Shown: positions 29,109 through 39,543, counted from the stretch's first letter. The stretch: 64,000 bases of DNA from an uncultured Actinomycetota bacterium (GCA_963769755.1 CAVYMY010000001.1:90243-154242); one strand, 5' to 3'. Notes: a model not told the origin generated them from the letters alone. A program made the numbers and translations.

Positions 29109-30352
29109 GCGCCCGCCTTGAACTGCTGCCAGATCTGGTGCCAGGCGGCGTCGTTCTCGACGGTGAGCTCCAGCAGGCGGTAGCCCGTGTCGAACCACTC
29201 CTCGTGAACGGCGGCGGTGGCGAGGTTCTCCGGCAGGAAGCCGTCGGCCACCAGCCGCTGCTCGTCGAGCACCTTCTGCGGCGGCTGGTAGCCGATGTAG
29301 CCGAAGTTCGTGAGGGAGTTCTTCTCGTCGAGCAGGTGCTGGATGAAGAGGTGGGCGAGCACCGGGCTGTTGCCGCCCTTGAGGACCATCATCAGGTCGT
29401 TGTCGACCAGCCCCTTGCCGTCCTCGGGGAACCAGTAGCGCAGGATGTCGGACGACTGGCCCTCGGGCAGGTAGTACTGGGAGTTGACGACGTCGCCCGA
29501 CCACATCTGGGCGATCCCGAGCTGGCCCGACGGCAGGTCGTTGTACATCGACACGGTGACCTTGGGCTTGGTGGCCTCGCTCAGCTCGATCATCTGCTGC
29601 TGGATCACCGCGAGGTCGTCGGCCGAGTCGGTGTTGACGTCGGTCAGGCCGGCCCGGAGCGCGACCATCGCCATCGCGGTGTGCCAGTCGTCGATGACGG
29701 CGACCTTGCTCCGGTAGGACGGGTCCCACAGCGAGTCGTAGGGGTTGGCGAGGCCGGCGATGTCATCGGGCACCAGGTCGTCGCGCCAGCCGATGCCGGT
29801 CGTGTAGATGCTGTAGGGGACCGAGTAGCGCGCCTCGCCGTCGTACCAAGGGTCCTTGAAGGCGTCCCACACGTTGCCGAGGTTGCCGAGGTAGCTGTGG
29901 TTGAGCGGCCGGACCAGGCCCGCGGTCACCAGCCGGGCGATCTGGTCGTAGCTCGGGAAGTAGATGTCGAACGGCACCGCGCCCGTGCGGATCTTGGTGA
30001 TCGCCTCGTCGGTGTCGTTGAAGGTCGAGATCTTGACGTCGACGCCGTACTTCTCCTCGAAGGACTTCACCACCGCAGGGGCGAGGTAGTCGGCGTAGTT
30101 GTAGAGCATCAGTGGCCCGGACTCGGGGTCGAGGCCGTCGGCGATCGGCGGGTTGTCGTCGGCGATCGGCCAGGTGACGGGGTTGTCCGGAGAGGCGATC
30201 TCCAGCTTCTTGCCACCATTGGCGGCGCTGCCCGTCGGAGAGTCCGCGCAGGCCTGCAGCAGGGCGGACAGGGTCGGCACGGAGATGCCCAGCAGCGCGG
30301 CGTTGCGCAGCAACGTACGCCGGTCGAACGCCGGGCCGTCGGCTCGATCCAT
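29105..30352 (-). CDS. spermidine/putrescine-type ABC substrate-binding protein (PotD/PotF-like), Tat lipoprotein
   Basis: FDRRTLL twin-arginine signal and LQAC lipobox; YNYADY, FDIYFPSY, WSGD, PEDG..D. Confidence 0.9.
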   Translation of the reverse strand: MDRADGPAFDRRTLLRNAALLGISVPTLSALLQACADSPTGSAANGGKKLEIASPDNPVTWPIADDNPPIADGLDPESGPLMLYNYADYLAPAVVKSFEEKYGVDVKISTFNDTDEAITKIRTGAVPFDIYFPSYDQIARLVTAGLVRPLNHSYLGNLGNVWDAFKDPWYDGEARYSVPYSIYTTGIGWRDDLVPDDIAGLANPYDSLWDPSYRSKVAVIDDWHTAMAMVALRAGLTDVNTDSADDLAVIQQQMIELSEATKPKVTVSMYNDLPSGQLGIAQMWSGDVVNSQYYLPEGQSSDILRYWFPEDGKGLVDNDLMMVLKGGNSPVLAHLFIQHLLDEKNSLTNFGYIGYQPPQKVLDEQRLVADGFLPENLATAAVHEEWFDTGYRLLELTVENDAAWHQIWQQFKAGA

Positions 30353-30415
30353 GCCCGCCTCCGACGCTTGATTGATGCCGTGGGGTGTTGTCCGTCGGCT
30401 AAACGGTCACATAAA

Positions 30416-30431
30416 CTGAATGCTCAGTCAA
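30416..30431. promoter_or_regulatory. putative TetR/BetI-type operator, copy 3
   Basis: CTGAATGCTCAGTCAA in the divergent SBP/aminotransferase intergenic region. Confidence 0.55.
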
Positions 30432-30475
30432 TCGTGCTCACTCAACAGTTTGGTCTCGAACCGAAAGGTACTCCC

Positions 30476-31858
30476 GTGACCTCCTCCGTGGCCGTCGACC
30501 GGCCCACCGACGGCATCGACGCCCTGATCGAGACCGAGTCCGAGGTGTTCGTCCGGCGCCAGCCGCGGAGCACCGAACTGACCGTCGAGGCGGGCCGCTC
30601 GCTCGCAGGCGGGGCGACCTCGAACTGGCAGATCGCGCTGCCGCAGGCGGTCTGGATGAGCCACGGCGAGGGCTCCCACGTGTGGGACGTCGACGGCAAC
30701 GAGTACGTCGACATGCACGGCGGCTACGGCGCCGCCATCGCCGGGCACGGCCATCCCGCGCTGGTCGAGGCGGTCTCCGCCCGCGTCCGCCGCGGCACCC
30801 ACTTCGCCCAACCGACCGAGGACGCGATCTGGGTCGCCGAGGAGCTGGTCCGTCGCTTCGGCCTGCCGCTGTGGCGGTTCGCCAACTCCGGGACCGAGGC
30901 GACCATGGACGCCGTGCACCTGATGCGCGCGGCGACCGGCCGCGACCTCGTGCTCAAGGTAGAGGGCTGCTACCACGGCCACCACGACTCGGTGCAGGTC
31001 TCCGTGGCGCCCGAGTCCGACGAGGTCGGCCCGGTCGAGAGCCCGGCGCGGGTGCCCGGCAACACCGGGATCCCGCAAGCCATCATGGACCTGATCGTGG
31101 TCGTCCCGTTCAACGACCTCGGTGCCGTCGAACGGGCACTCGCCGAGCATCGCGGGCAGGTTGCCGGGATGATCCTCGAGCCGGTGATGATGAACGCCGG
31201 CATCATCACGCCGGACGACGGCTACCTCGCCGGCCTCCGCGACCTGCTGCACGCCGAGGACGCCTTCCTCGCCTTCGACGAGGTCAAGACCGGCTTCACG
31301 ACAGGCCCCGCCGGCGTGACCGGCCGCTCCGGCGTCACCCCCGACCTCATCTGCCTGGCCAAGGCGCTGGGCGGGGGTATCGCGGTCGCGGCGATCGGCG
31401 GCACCGAGGAGCTGATGGAGCTCATCGGCGACGGCCGCTACGAGCAGGTCGGCACCTTCAACGGCAACCCGCTGGCGATGGCCGCCACCCGGGCCAATCT
31501 CACCCACGTGCTCGACGAGGCGGCGTACGCCCACCTCGACGCGCTCGCCACCCGGGCCCGAGAGGGCTTCGAAGGCCATATCGCCGCCCACAAGCTGCCC
31601 TGGCACGTCGTCAGCGTGGGCGCCAAGGGCTGCGTCGCCTTCGCGCCGGAGCGGGTCCGCAACTACCGCGACTTCCTGATGGTCGACGACCGCTGGGGGC
31701 ACCTGCACTGGCTGATGCAGCACAATGGCGGGGTGTTCCTGCCACCGTGGGGCAAGGTCGAGCAATGGCTGCTGTCGGTGCAGCACAACGACGACGACGT
31801 CGATCGCCTCGTCGCGAACTTCGGGCGGCTGGCCGAGGTTGCGGCTGGAACCGCCTGA
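30476..31858 (+). CDS. class III PLP aminotransferase (glutamate-1-semialdehyde aminomutase-like)
   Basis: DVDGNEYVD, NSGTEA, GCYHGHHD, FDEVKTGF, DLICLAKALGGG (PLP Lys), GTFNGNPL. Confidence 0.88.
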   Translation: MTSSVAVDRPTDGIDALIETESEVFVRRQPRSTELTVEAGRSLAGGATSNWQIALPQAVWMSHGEGSHVWDVDGNEYVDMHGGYGAAIAGHGHPALVEAVSARVRRGTHFAQPTEDAIWVAEELVRRFGLPLWRFANSGTEATMDAVHLMRAATGRDLVLKVEGCYHGHHDSVQVSVAPESDEVGPVESPARVPGNTGIPQAIMDLIVVVPFNDLGAVERALAEHRGQVAGMILEPVMMNAGIITPDDGYLAGLRDLLHAEDAFLAFDEVKTGFTTGPAGVTGRSGVTPDLICLAKALGGGIAVAAIGGTEELMELIGDGRYEQVGTFNGNPLAMAATRANLTHVLDEAAYAHLDALATRAREGFEGHIAAHKLPWHVVSVGAKGCVAFAPERVRNYRDFLMVDDRWGHLHWLMQHNGGVFLPPWGKVEQWLLSVQHNDDDVDRLVANFGRLAEVAAGTA

Positions 31859-32988
31859 TGCCCGGCGGCGCCCTGAGCCTGGTCTCGCTGACCAAGTCCT
31901 TCGGGGACGTCGTCGCCGTCGACGGCATCGACCTCGACCTGCCGGAAGGTGAGTTCTGCTCGCTGCTCGGTGCGTCGGGCTGCGGCAAGACCACCACGCT
32001 GCGGATGATCGCCGGCTTCGAGCGACCCGACTCGGGCCGGATCATGCTCGACGGGCGCGACCTGGCGCCCGACCCGCCCCATGTGCGGCCGGTCAACACC
32101 GTCTTCCAGAACTACGCGCTCTTCCCGCTGATGACGGTGCGGGAGAACGTCGCCTTCGGCCTGCGCTACCAGGACATCAGCAAGGACGAGACGGACCGTC
32201 GGGTCGGCGAGGCCCTCGAGCTCGCCCGCATCGGCGAGCTGGGGCGCCGACGGCCGGCGCAGCTGTCGGGAGGTCAGCAGCAGCGGGTCGCGCTGGCCCG
32301 GGCGCTGGTGCTCAACCCGCGAGTGCTGCTGCTGGACGAGCCCCTGGGGGCCCTGGACGCACAGCTGCGCAAGCACCTCCAGCTCCAGCTCCGCCAGCTC
32401 CAGCGCGACGTCGGCATCACGTTCGTCTACGTCACCCACGACCAGGAAGAAGCGCTCACCATGAGCGACCGCATCGCGGTGATCGCCGACGGCAAGGTCG
32501 AGCAGGTCGGCTCGCCGGAGGAGATCTATGCGCGTCCGGCGACGGCGTACGTCGCGGGGTTCCTGGGTTCGGCCAACATCTTCGACGCCGAGGTGACCGA
32601 CGTCTCCGGTGAGCTGGCCACCTGCACCGCCCTCGGTCGCACGGTGAGCGCCGAGGCGCACGCCGACGTGCCCCGCGGGCCGGCGGCGATCGTGATCCGA
32701 CCCGAGCGGATCGCCGTCGCCGACGAGGCCGCGCCGGGCCCGGCGGGCCACAACCGACTGACCGGAACCGTGCTCGATGTCGTCTACCTCGGCGCCGCCA
32801 CGCAGGTCCGCGTCGACGTGGGTGACGACAAGGTGCTGCTCGTGCAGGTCGCCAACCAGGCCGGCCCGCGCTCCTTCGCCGCGACCCCGGGCGAACGAGT
32901 GGCCTGCTGGTTCTCCCCGACCGCCGTCCAGGTGCTCAGGCGCAGCGACGCCGCCCTGCCCGATCCGGTCGAGGTCGAGATCGGCTAG
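31858..32988 (+). CDS. polyamine-type ABC transporter ATP-binding subunit (PotA-like)
   Basis: GASGCGKTT, VFQNYALFP, LSGGQQQR, LLDEPLGALD, THDQEEAL, C-terminal TOBE domain. Confidence 0.92.
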   Translation: MPGGALSLVSLTKSFGDVVAVDGIDLDLPEGEFCSLLGASGCGKTTTLRMIAGFERPDSGRIMLDGRDLAPDPPHVRPVNTVFQNYALFPLMTVRENVAFGLRYQDISKDETDRRVGEALELARIGELGRRRPAQLSGGQQQRVALARALVLNPRVLLLDEPLGALDAQLRKHLQLQLRQLQRDVGITFVYVTHDQEEALTMSDRIAVIADGKVEQVGSPEEIYARPATAYVAGFLGSANIFDAEVTDVSGELATCTALGRTVSAEAHADVPRGPAAIVIRPERIAVADEAAPGPAGHNRLTGTVLDVVYLGAATQVRVDVGDDKVLLVQVANQAGPRSFAATPGERVACWFSPTAVQVLRRSDAALPDPVEVEIG

Positions 32989-33394
32989 CGCCTCCGGCGG
33001 GGTTGTGCCCCTACATGTGGCCGGCTGCACGGGGAGGGGCCCCACTGGGCCAGGGCCCGCGCTGTGCGGCGGTGACTTGGGGTCACTTTGCGTGCCGTGA
33101 ACCGACCCTGGTGCACCGCTGGCCAGGGCCCGCGCTGTGCGGCGGTGACTTGGGGTCGCTTTGCGTGCCGTGAACCGACCCTGGTGCACCGCTGGCCAGG
33201 GCCCGCGCTGTGCGGCGGTGACTTGGGGTCGCTTTGCGTGCCGTGAAGCGACCCTGGTGCACCGCTGGCCAGGGCCCGCGCTGTGCGGCGGTGACTTGGG
33301 GTCGCTTTGCGTGCCGTGAAACGACCCTGGTGCACCGCTGACGCGCCTCTCCCCGTGCAGCCGCGGCACGTTGGGGGCAACCCCGCGGGAGGCG
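32989..33394. mobile_element. MITE/REPIN-like element: ~50-bp imperfect terminal inverted repeats enclosing a tandem array
   Basis: Left 32989-33040 CGCCTCCGGCGGGGTTG...CGGCTGCACGGGGAGGGGC versus the reverse complement of right 33345-33394 CGCCTCCCGCGGGGTTG...CGGCTGCACGGGGAGAGGC; lies between two convergent stop codons. Confidence 0.55.
33050..33340. repeat. four tandem copies of a 73-bp unit
   Basis: Units start at 33050, 33123, 33196 and 33269; internal differences only at GGGTC(A/G)C and GAA(C/C/G/A)CGACCC. Confidence 0.97.
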
Positions 33395-33400
33395 TTCCTC

Positions 33401-34085
33401 TCAGCCTGAGCGCGAAGCAGCCTTGGCGGGCCGGCGGCGGGTGCCCGCGGACTTCGCGCGCCGCTTCCCTGGCTCCAGCCCGAGTCGCTGCTCGGCGTAC
33501 TCCATGGCCATGTCGTGGGCCACGTCGGAGGTGATCTCCTCGTCGCCGAGGGCGACCTGGGTGGCGAGTCCGTCGAGGAGCACGCTGAAGGTCAGGGCGA
33601 AGCGACGGGTGTCGATGCCGCCGACGTCACCGGCCTGCTGGCCGTCCTCGACCACGCGCTCGACCAGGTCGCGCCAGCGGCCGTCGAGCTCGACGCGCGC
33701 CTCGCGGACCTCGGGGTGGCGAAGGGCCGTCGCCCACAGGTCGAGCCAGAGCCCCCAGGCGCCGCTGACCTCGCCGGGCAGCTGGGGCACGCAGGACCAC
33801 TCGACCAGCATCGAGAGCCGCTTGCGGAAGTCGACGACCTCGCCCAGCAAGCCGGGTGGCGGCGTCGTAGAACGCCTCCTCGGAGAACCGCAGTGCGTCG
33901 ACGAGAAGTCGGTCGCGGGTGCCGAAGTAGTAGATGACCAGACCCGAGCTGGTGCCTGCCCGCTTGGCCACGTCGGCGATCCGGGTCTCGCCGAAGCCGC
34001 GCTCGCTGATGAGCTCGGCGGCCGCCTGCAGCATGGCCTGACGACGAGCCTCGTTGCCCTCGGTCGGAGGCGCGGCTTCGGCCAT
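33401..34085 (-). CDS. TetR family regulator (BetI-like), one frameshift near 33852
   Basis: AAAELISERGF..TRIADVAKRAGTSSGLVIYYFGTRD HTH; the C-terminal W.LWLDLW..ALRHP, W..., DGL domain lies in a second frame. Confidence 0.88.
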
Positions 34086-34166
34086 CTCGGTCGTTCTCCA
34101 AACAAGCTCGGCAGCTCGGTCTGTGGCGCTCCGGCCACTTGCCACGGAGGTTATCACCTCGTTAGA

Positions 34167-34182
34167 TTGAACACTCAGTCAA
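34167..34182. promoter_or_regulatory. putative TetR/BetI-type operator, copy 4 (autoregulatory position)
   Basis: TTGAACACTCAGTCAA between the divergent tetR and oxidoreductase genes. Confidence 0.65.
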
Positions 34183-34222
34183 ACACTCTGCGCCGGTGCC
34201 TGCCTTCGGGAGAAGAGCTGCG

Positions 34223-35885
34223 ATGACCAACACCTACGACGCGATCGTGGTCGGCGGCGGCCACAACGGCCTCGTCGCAGCCGCCTATCTCGCCCGCTCC
34301 GGTGCCCGCACCGTGGTGCTCGAAGGGCGAGGCAAGATCGGTGGCGCGGCCACCACCGAGCAGCCGTGGCCCGACGCGCCGCACCTGTCGGTGACCCGGC
34401 TGTCGTACGTCATGAGCCTGATGCCGCCGACCATCGTGGCCGAGCTGGGGCTGGCGCGGTACGGCTACAAGGTCCACCCGATGGGGCCTTACTACCAAGC
34501 CTTCCCCGAGGGCGGCTCGCTGACGATCTACGACGACGACGAGGCGCGCACGTACGACGAGATCGCGCGGTGGTCGAAGAAGGACGCGGAGGCCTGGCCG
34601 AGGTGGAACGCCTGGCTGGCCGGCCTCGCCGAGGTGATGGGCCCGCTGCTCACCCGCGTGCCGCCCACCATCGGCAGCCACTCGCCCTCCGACCTGGCCG
34701 ACCTCGCCAAGCTGGTCGTGGAGCAACCGCGGCGTCGACAAGCGCACCATCGCCGACCTCACCCGGCTGATGAGCATGAGCATCGCCGACCTGCTCGACG
34801 ACTGGTTCGAGTCGCCGCAGGTGAAGGGTGCGATGGCGGTCAACGGCGTGATCGGCACCTGGGCGGGCCCCTACGCGCCGGGGACGGCGTACGTGATGGC
34901 CCACCACTCGATCGGCGACGTGGGCGACGGTTCGGGGCCGGGACATGGGCTGGGCAGCTGGGGATACCCCGAAGGCGGGATGGGCGCGGTCTCGGCGGCG
35001 ATCGGCCGCTCGGCTCAGTCCTTCGGCGCCGAGATCCGCACCAGCGCGAGGGTCGAACGGGTCTGCACTAATGCCGGTCGGGTCACGGGCGTGGTGCTGG
35101 AGGGCGGTGAGGAGCTCACGGCCCCGCTGGTCGTGACCAGCCTGCACCCCAAGATTGCCTTCCTCGAGCACCTGCCGCCGACCGAGCTGCCGGCCGAGTT
35201 CGTCAGCGACATCGAGCGGTGGAACACGCGGTCGGGCGTCGTCAAGATCAACCTGGCGCTCGCGGAGCTGCCGAGCTTCACGGCCGACCCGAGCCGCGAC
35301 ATGGATGGGGGACTGGCCGAGCACCACACGGGCTCGGTGGAGATGGCGCCGTCGATGGAGTTCATCGAGCGCGCCTTCCAGGACGCCCGCGAGGGTCGGG
35401 CTTCGCTGCTGCCGTTCAGCGACGGCGTCATCCCGACGACCCTCGACAAGACGCTCAACCCCGACGGGACGCACATCTTCTCGCTGTTCACCCAGTACGT
35501 CCCGCACGAGTGGAGCGAGGCACCGCACACCGACGAGCTCGAGGCGTACGCCGACCGGCTGATCGACCTCTACGACCAGGTCGCCCCCGGGTTCGCCGCC
35601 TCGATCACCCACCGCGACATCGTCGGCCCGCACGAGATGCAGGAGGAGTACGGGCTGATCGGCGGCAACATCTTCCACGGCGAGCTCACGCCCGACCAGC
35701 TGTTCCACATGCGGCCGGCGCCGGGCTATGCCGACTACCGCACCCCCATCGCCGGCCTCTACAACGCCAGCTCCGCGACCCACGGGGGCGGCGGGGTCTG
35801 CGGCATCCCCGGGTGGCAGGCGGCAAGGGCGGCCATCGCCGACCGCAAGACGCGCTGGCATCGGCTGAGGAGACGCGCTGGTTGA
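34223..35885 (+). CDS. phytoene desaturase-family (PYROXD2-like) FAD oxidoreductase, one frameshift near 34716
   Basis: IVVGGGHNGLVAAAYL, IGGAA.TE, YVMAHH, GGMGAVS, GNIFHGEL, HGGGGV.GIPG. Confidence 0.88.
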
Positions 35886-37951
35886 GGAGGGCCGTCAAGG
35901 CCCGTCACAAAACCAGGCGGACGCTCTTCGCGCCACGCTGGAGGCACGCACAGTCGCGTGCGTGGGCGCCAGCGCGCGGCCGGGGAGCCTCGGCGAGCGG
36001 ATGGTCGGCGAGGTGCTGCGATCGCCGGGGTTCGAGCGGGTCTGGCTGGTGAACCCGTCGTACGACGAGGTCGCCGGGCACCCGTGCCTGCCCGACCTCG
36101 AGGCGGTCGGCGAGGCGCCCGACCTGGTCCTGCTCGGCGTCGGCGACGCCCGGCTCGTCGACCAGCTGACCGCGGCTGCCAAGGTCGGTGCCCGCGGCGC
36201 GGTGGTCTTCGGCAGCGCCCACGACGACGGCGTACGGGAGGAGCTTCGCGCGATCGCCTGCGACGCCGGCCTGGCCTTGGTCGGCGCGGGATGCATGGGG
36301 TTCTGGAACGTACGCCGCGGGCTGCGGGCACTCGGCTACACCGAGCGAGACGACCTGCCCGTCGGTCCGGTGTCGCTGGTGACCCACTCCGGCTCGGTGT
36401 TCTCGACGCTCTTGCGGACCCGCCTGCGCCTCGGGTTCGACCTCGTGATCTCGTCGGGCCAGGAGCTGGTCACCACCACCGCCGACTACGTCGACCACGT
36501 CGTCGACCACACCGACACCCGCGTGCTCGCGCTGGTCCTGGAGGCCGTCCGCGACGGCGCCCACCTGCGCTCCTCGTTGCGGCGCGCCCGCGAGGCCGGC
36601 ATCGAGGTGGTGCTGCTGCCGGTCGGTGGCTCGCCCCTCGGCGCCTCGCTCGTCGCCTCCCACTCCGGTGCGGTAGCGGGCGAGTCGGCGACCTGGGAGG
36701 CGTTGATGGACGACGTGGCCGGCCATCTCGTCGGCGACCTCGCCGAGCTCGGCGACACCCTGGCAGTGCTGGCGTCGCCGCGGCGGCCGCGCCCGGGCAC
36801 CGGCCTGGCGACCGTCCACGACTCGGGCGCCGAGCGCAGCCTGGTGGCCGACCTCGCGCACGAGGCTGGGGTCTGCTTCGCGGAGTTCTCCGAGAGGACC
36901 CGGACGACGCTCGCGAGCCGCCTCGACAACGGTCTCGAGCCCCGCAACCCGCTCGACGTCTGGGGTGGCGGGGCCGACACCCACGGCCTGTTCGGCGACT
37001 GCCTGCGCTGGGTGGCCGCCGATCCCGCAGTCGGCATCACGGCCCTGACCGTCGACCTGGTGCCCGGAGTACGACGGCGACACCTCCTACGTCGACGCCG
37101 TGCTCGACGTCGCGGGCGAGACCGACGGGCCGCTCGTCGTGCTGACCGGTCTGCCGGCCGCGCTGGACGAGGACGCCGCCGACCGGCTCCGGGCTGCGGG
37201 CGTGCCTGTGTTGGAAGGGTTCCGGAGCGGGTTGCTCGCCGTGCGGCACCTGCTCGACGCCGTCGCGCGGCCGGGCCCCGACGCCCTCGACCACCGGCCC
37301 GTCACCGACGCGCAGCCGTTGCTCGCGGCGTACGGCATCGCGACCCCTGAGTCCCGTTCGGCGTCGAGCGAGGCGGGCGTGCTGGCCGCCGCCGAGGTGA
37401 TCGGCTGGCCGGTCGTGCTCAAGACGGCGGCGCCCGGTGTCACCCACCGCAGCGACGTGCAAGGAGTGGTGCTCGACGTGGGCGACGCGGATGCCGCGCT
37501 GGCGGCCTACCGCGACCTCGCCCACCGCCTCGGCACCGACGTGACGGTGCATCGGCAGGTGCCGAGCGGGGTGGAGCTGTCGATCGGACTGGTCCGCGAC
37601 CCAGCCCTCGGCCTCCTTGTCGTCGTCGCGGCGGGGGGCGTGCTGGTGGAGCTGCTGGACGACCGGGCCGTCGCGCTGCCGCCCCTCCCGCCGGCCGGAG
37701 CTCGGCGGATGCTCGACCGGCTCCGCCTGCGGCCGCTGCTCGACGGCTTCCGCGGTGCGCCCGCCGTCGACCTCGACGCGCTGGTCGACGTGGTGGTGGC
37801 CGTGTCGCGGATCGCCCACGAGCATGGTGACGACCTGGATGCCCTGGACCTGAACCCGGTGATCGCGACCGCCAGCGGGGCCGTGGCGGCCGACGTGCTC
37901 GTCGTACCGCGCGCCGACAAGACTGAGGAGGCACCACCGTGCACGGCTTGA
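35878..37951 (+). CDS. NDP-forming acyl-CoA synthetase (acetate--CoA ligase family, fused alpha/beta), one frameshift near 37066
   Basis: VGAS.RPGSLG, VNP, GAGCMG, HSGS, SSGQE, NPLD; ATP-grasp C-terminus PVVLK, HRSDV.GV, DLNP; start uncertain. Confidence 0.85.
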
Positions 37952-39129
37952 CCAATGAGGACCTGGAGATCCGCCGCCGCGCGCGAGCGTTCGTCGACAC
38001 GCTGATCCCCTACGAGGTGGAGGTCGAGCTCGCGGACGGCGTACTGCCGGAGGCGCTCGTCAAGGAGCACCACGAGGAGGCCATCCGCCGCGGCCTCTAC
38101 GCCACCAACATGCCCACGTCTGTCGGCGGGCCGGGCTTCAGCGCACTGCAGCAGGTGCTGGTCCAGGAGCAGGTCGGGCGGGTGACCAACGGGCTCGCCT
38201 GGTGCCTGCACACGCCGCCCCAGTGGTGGGCCGAGGTCGCGACCGAGCAACAGCTGAGCCGGTGGCTGCGGCCGGCCGTGGCGGGGGAGCGGCACGAGTG
38301 TTACGCCATCACCGAGGAGTTCGCCGGCAGTGACGTGAGCGACCTGGCGACGACGGCCCGTCGGGTCGGCGAGGGCACCGACGACGACCACTACGTCGTC
38401 AACGGCACCAAGTGGCACGTCACGTCGTTCAACGTGGCGGACTACTGCTTCGTCCAGGCCGTGCTGACCGAAGGCCCGCACGCGGGTGAGCACGTGCTGC
38501 TCGTCGTCGACCTGCCGACGCCCGGCATCGACGTGGTCCGCACCCCGGCGTACTCCCACCACATCGCCGACGAGCACCCGATCGTGTCGTTCACCGACGT
38601 GCGCGTGCCGGCGTCGCAGCTCGTCGGCGCCGAGGGCGAGGGGATGACCTTCGCCCAGGACTGGTTCCGCTTCGAGCGGGTGATGGTGGCGGCCCGCTGC
38701 GTCGGCGCGTCGGCGCGGCTCGTGGACGAGGCGACTGCCTTTGCGGGGAGTCGGATGGTCGGCGGCCAGCCGCTGGGTGACTACCAGCTCGTCACCGCCA
38801 TGCTCGCCGACTCGGCCACCGAGCTGTTCGCGGCCCGCGCCGCGCTCTACGAGGTCGCCCGCGCCATCGACGCCGGCGAGGACCGCAAGGTCCTCCACGC
38901 CCGCGCCTCGATGGTCAAGCTGCTGTGCTCGGAGATGGCCGGCCGGATCGCCGACCGAGCGGTCCAGGTCTTCGGCGGCCGCGGCTACATGCGCGAGAAC
39001 GTCGCCGAGAGGATGTTTCGCGAGCTGCGCGTCGAGCGCATCTGGGAGGGCGCCAGCGAGCTGCAGCGCCTGATCGTCGGTCAGCAGCTCCTCAAGCGCG
39101 GACCCGCCGCCGTGCTCGGCGACGACTGA
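37939..39129 (+). CDS. acyl-CoA dehydrogenase family protein
   Basis: AITE..AGSD, NGTKW, ER...AA, YQL, ASMVKL, AVQVFGGRGY, RIWEGASE. Confidence 0.92.
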   Translation: MHGLTNEDLEIRRRARAFVDTLIPYEVEVELADGVLPEALVKEHHEEAIRRGLYATNMPTSVGGPGFSALQQVLVQEQVGRVTNGLAWCLHTPPQWWAEVATEQQLSRWLRPAVAGERHECYAITEEFAGSDVSDLATTARRVGEGTDDDHYVVNGTKWHVTSFNVADYCFVQAVLTEGPHAGEHVLLVVDLPTPGIDVVRTPAYSHHIADEHPIVSFTDVRVPASQLVGAEGEGMTFAQDWFRFERVMVAARCVGASARLVDEATAFAGSRMVGGQPLGDYQLVTAMLADSATELFAARAALYEVARAIDAGEDRKVLHARASMVKLLCSEMAGRIADRAVQVFGGRGYMRENVAERMFRELRVERIWEGASELQRLIVGQQLLKRGPAAVLGDD

Positions 39130-39138
39130 CCGCGGGCG

Positions 39139-39513
39139 TCAGGTTCGGCGGGGTCCGGCATGGCCGGCGAGGCACTTCCACCCGGCTCCGACGCGGATCC
39201 ATACCTGCGTCACCGGCATCCGGAAGCTCTCGACCTCGCCGTCGCCCGCGAGCACCTCGTCGACCACTTCCGCGTGTAGGACTGCGGTGTCCCCGACGAT
39301 CACGACCTCGGGGCTGACGATCGTCTGGGCACGCCACACCGTGTGGCCCTGAGTGTTGCGACGGACGTACTCCTCGCGGCCGTAGGTCTCGCCCACGTGG
39401 GAGGTCCACCTGAAGTCATCGTGCAGCAGCCCCGACAGCCTCTCGGCGTCCCCTTCGGCAAGCGCCGACGCGCGCGACTCTGCGGCCTCGATGACCTGCG
39501 CTGCGGCGTCCAT
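39139..39513 (-). CDS. NTF2-like / DUF4440 protein
   Basis: LLHDDF, GDTAV, TQVW...GW.C.AGH pattern. Confidence 0.75.
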   Translation of the reverse strand: MDAAAQVIEAAESRASALAEGDAERLSGLLHDDFRWTSHVGETYGREEYVRRNTQGHTVWRAQTIVSPEVVIVGDTAVLHAEVVDEVLAGDGEVESFRMPVTQVWIRVGAGWKCLAGHAGPRRT

Positions 39514-39543
39514 GGACGCCAGCGTCGCACGTCGGCGTACCTC

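Noticed and set aside
30476-31858. hemL (tetrapyrrole synthesis)
   Set aside because: No hem genes nearby; it is translationally coupled to a polyamine-type ABC ATPase, so a catabolic paralogue is more likely
33050-33340. CRISPR array
   Set aside because: Units are contiguous 73-bp near-identical copies with no unique spacers, and there are no cas genes in the window
34223-35885. crtI carotenoid desaturase
   Set aside because: No crtB/crtE context; the motifs (YVMAHH, GNIFHGEL) fit the PYROXD2-like branch
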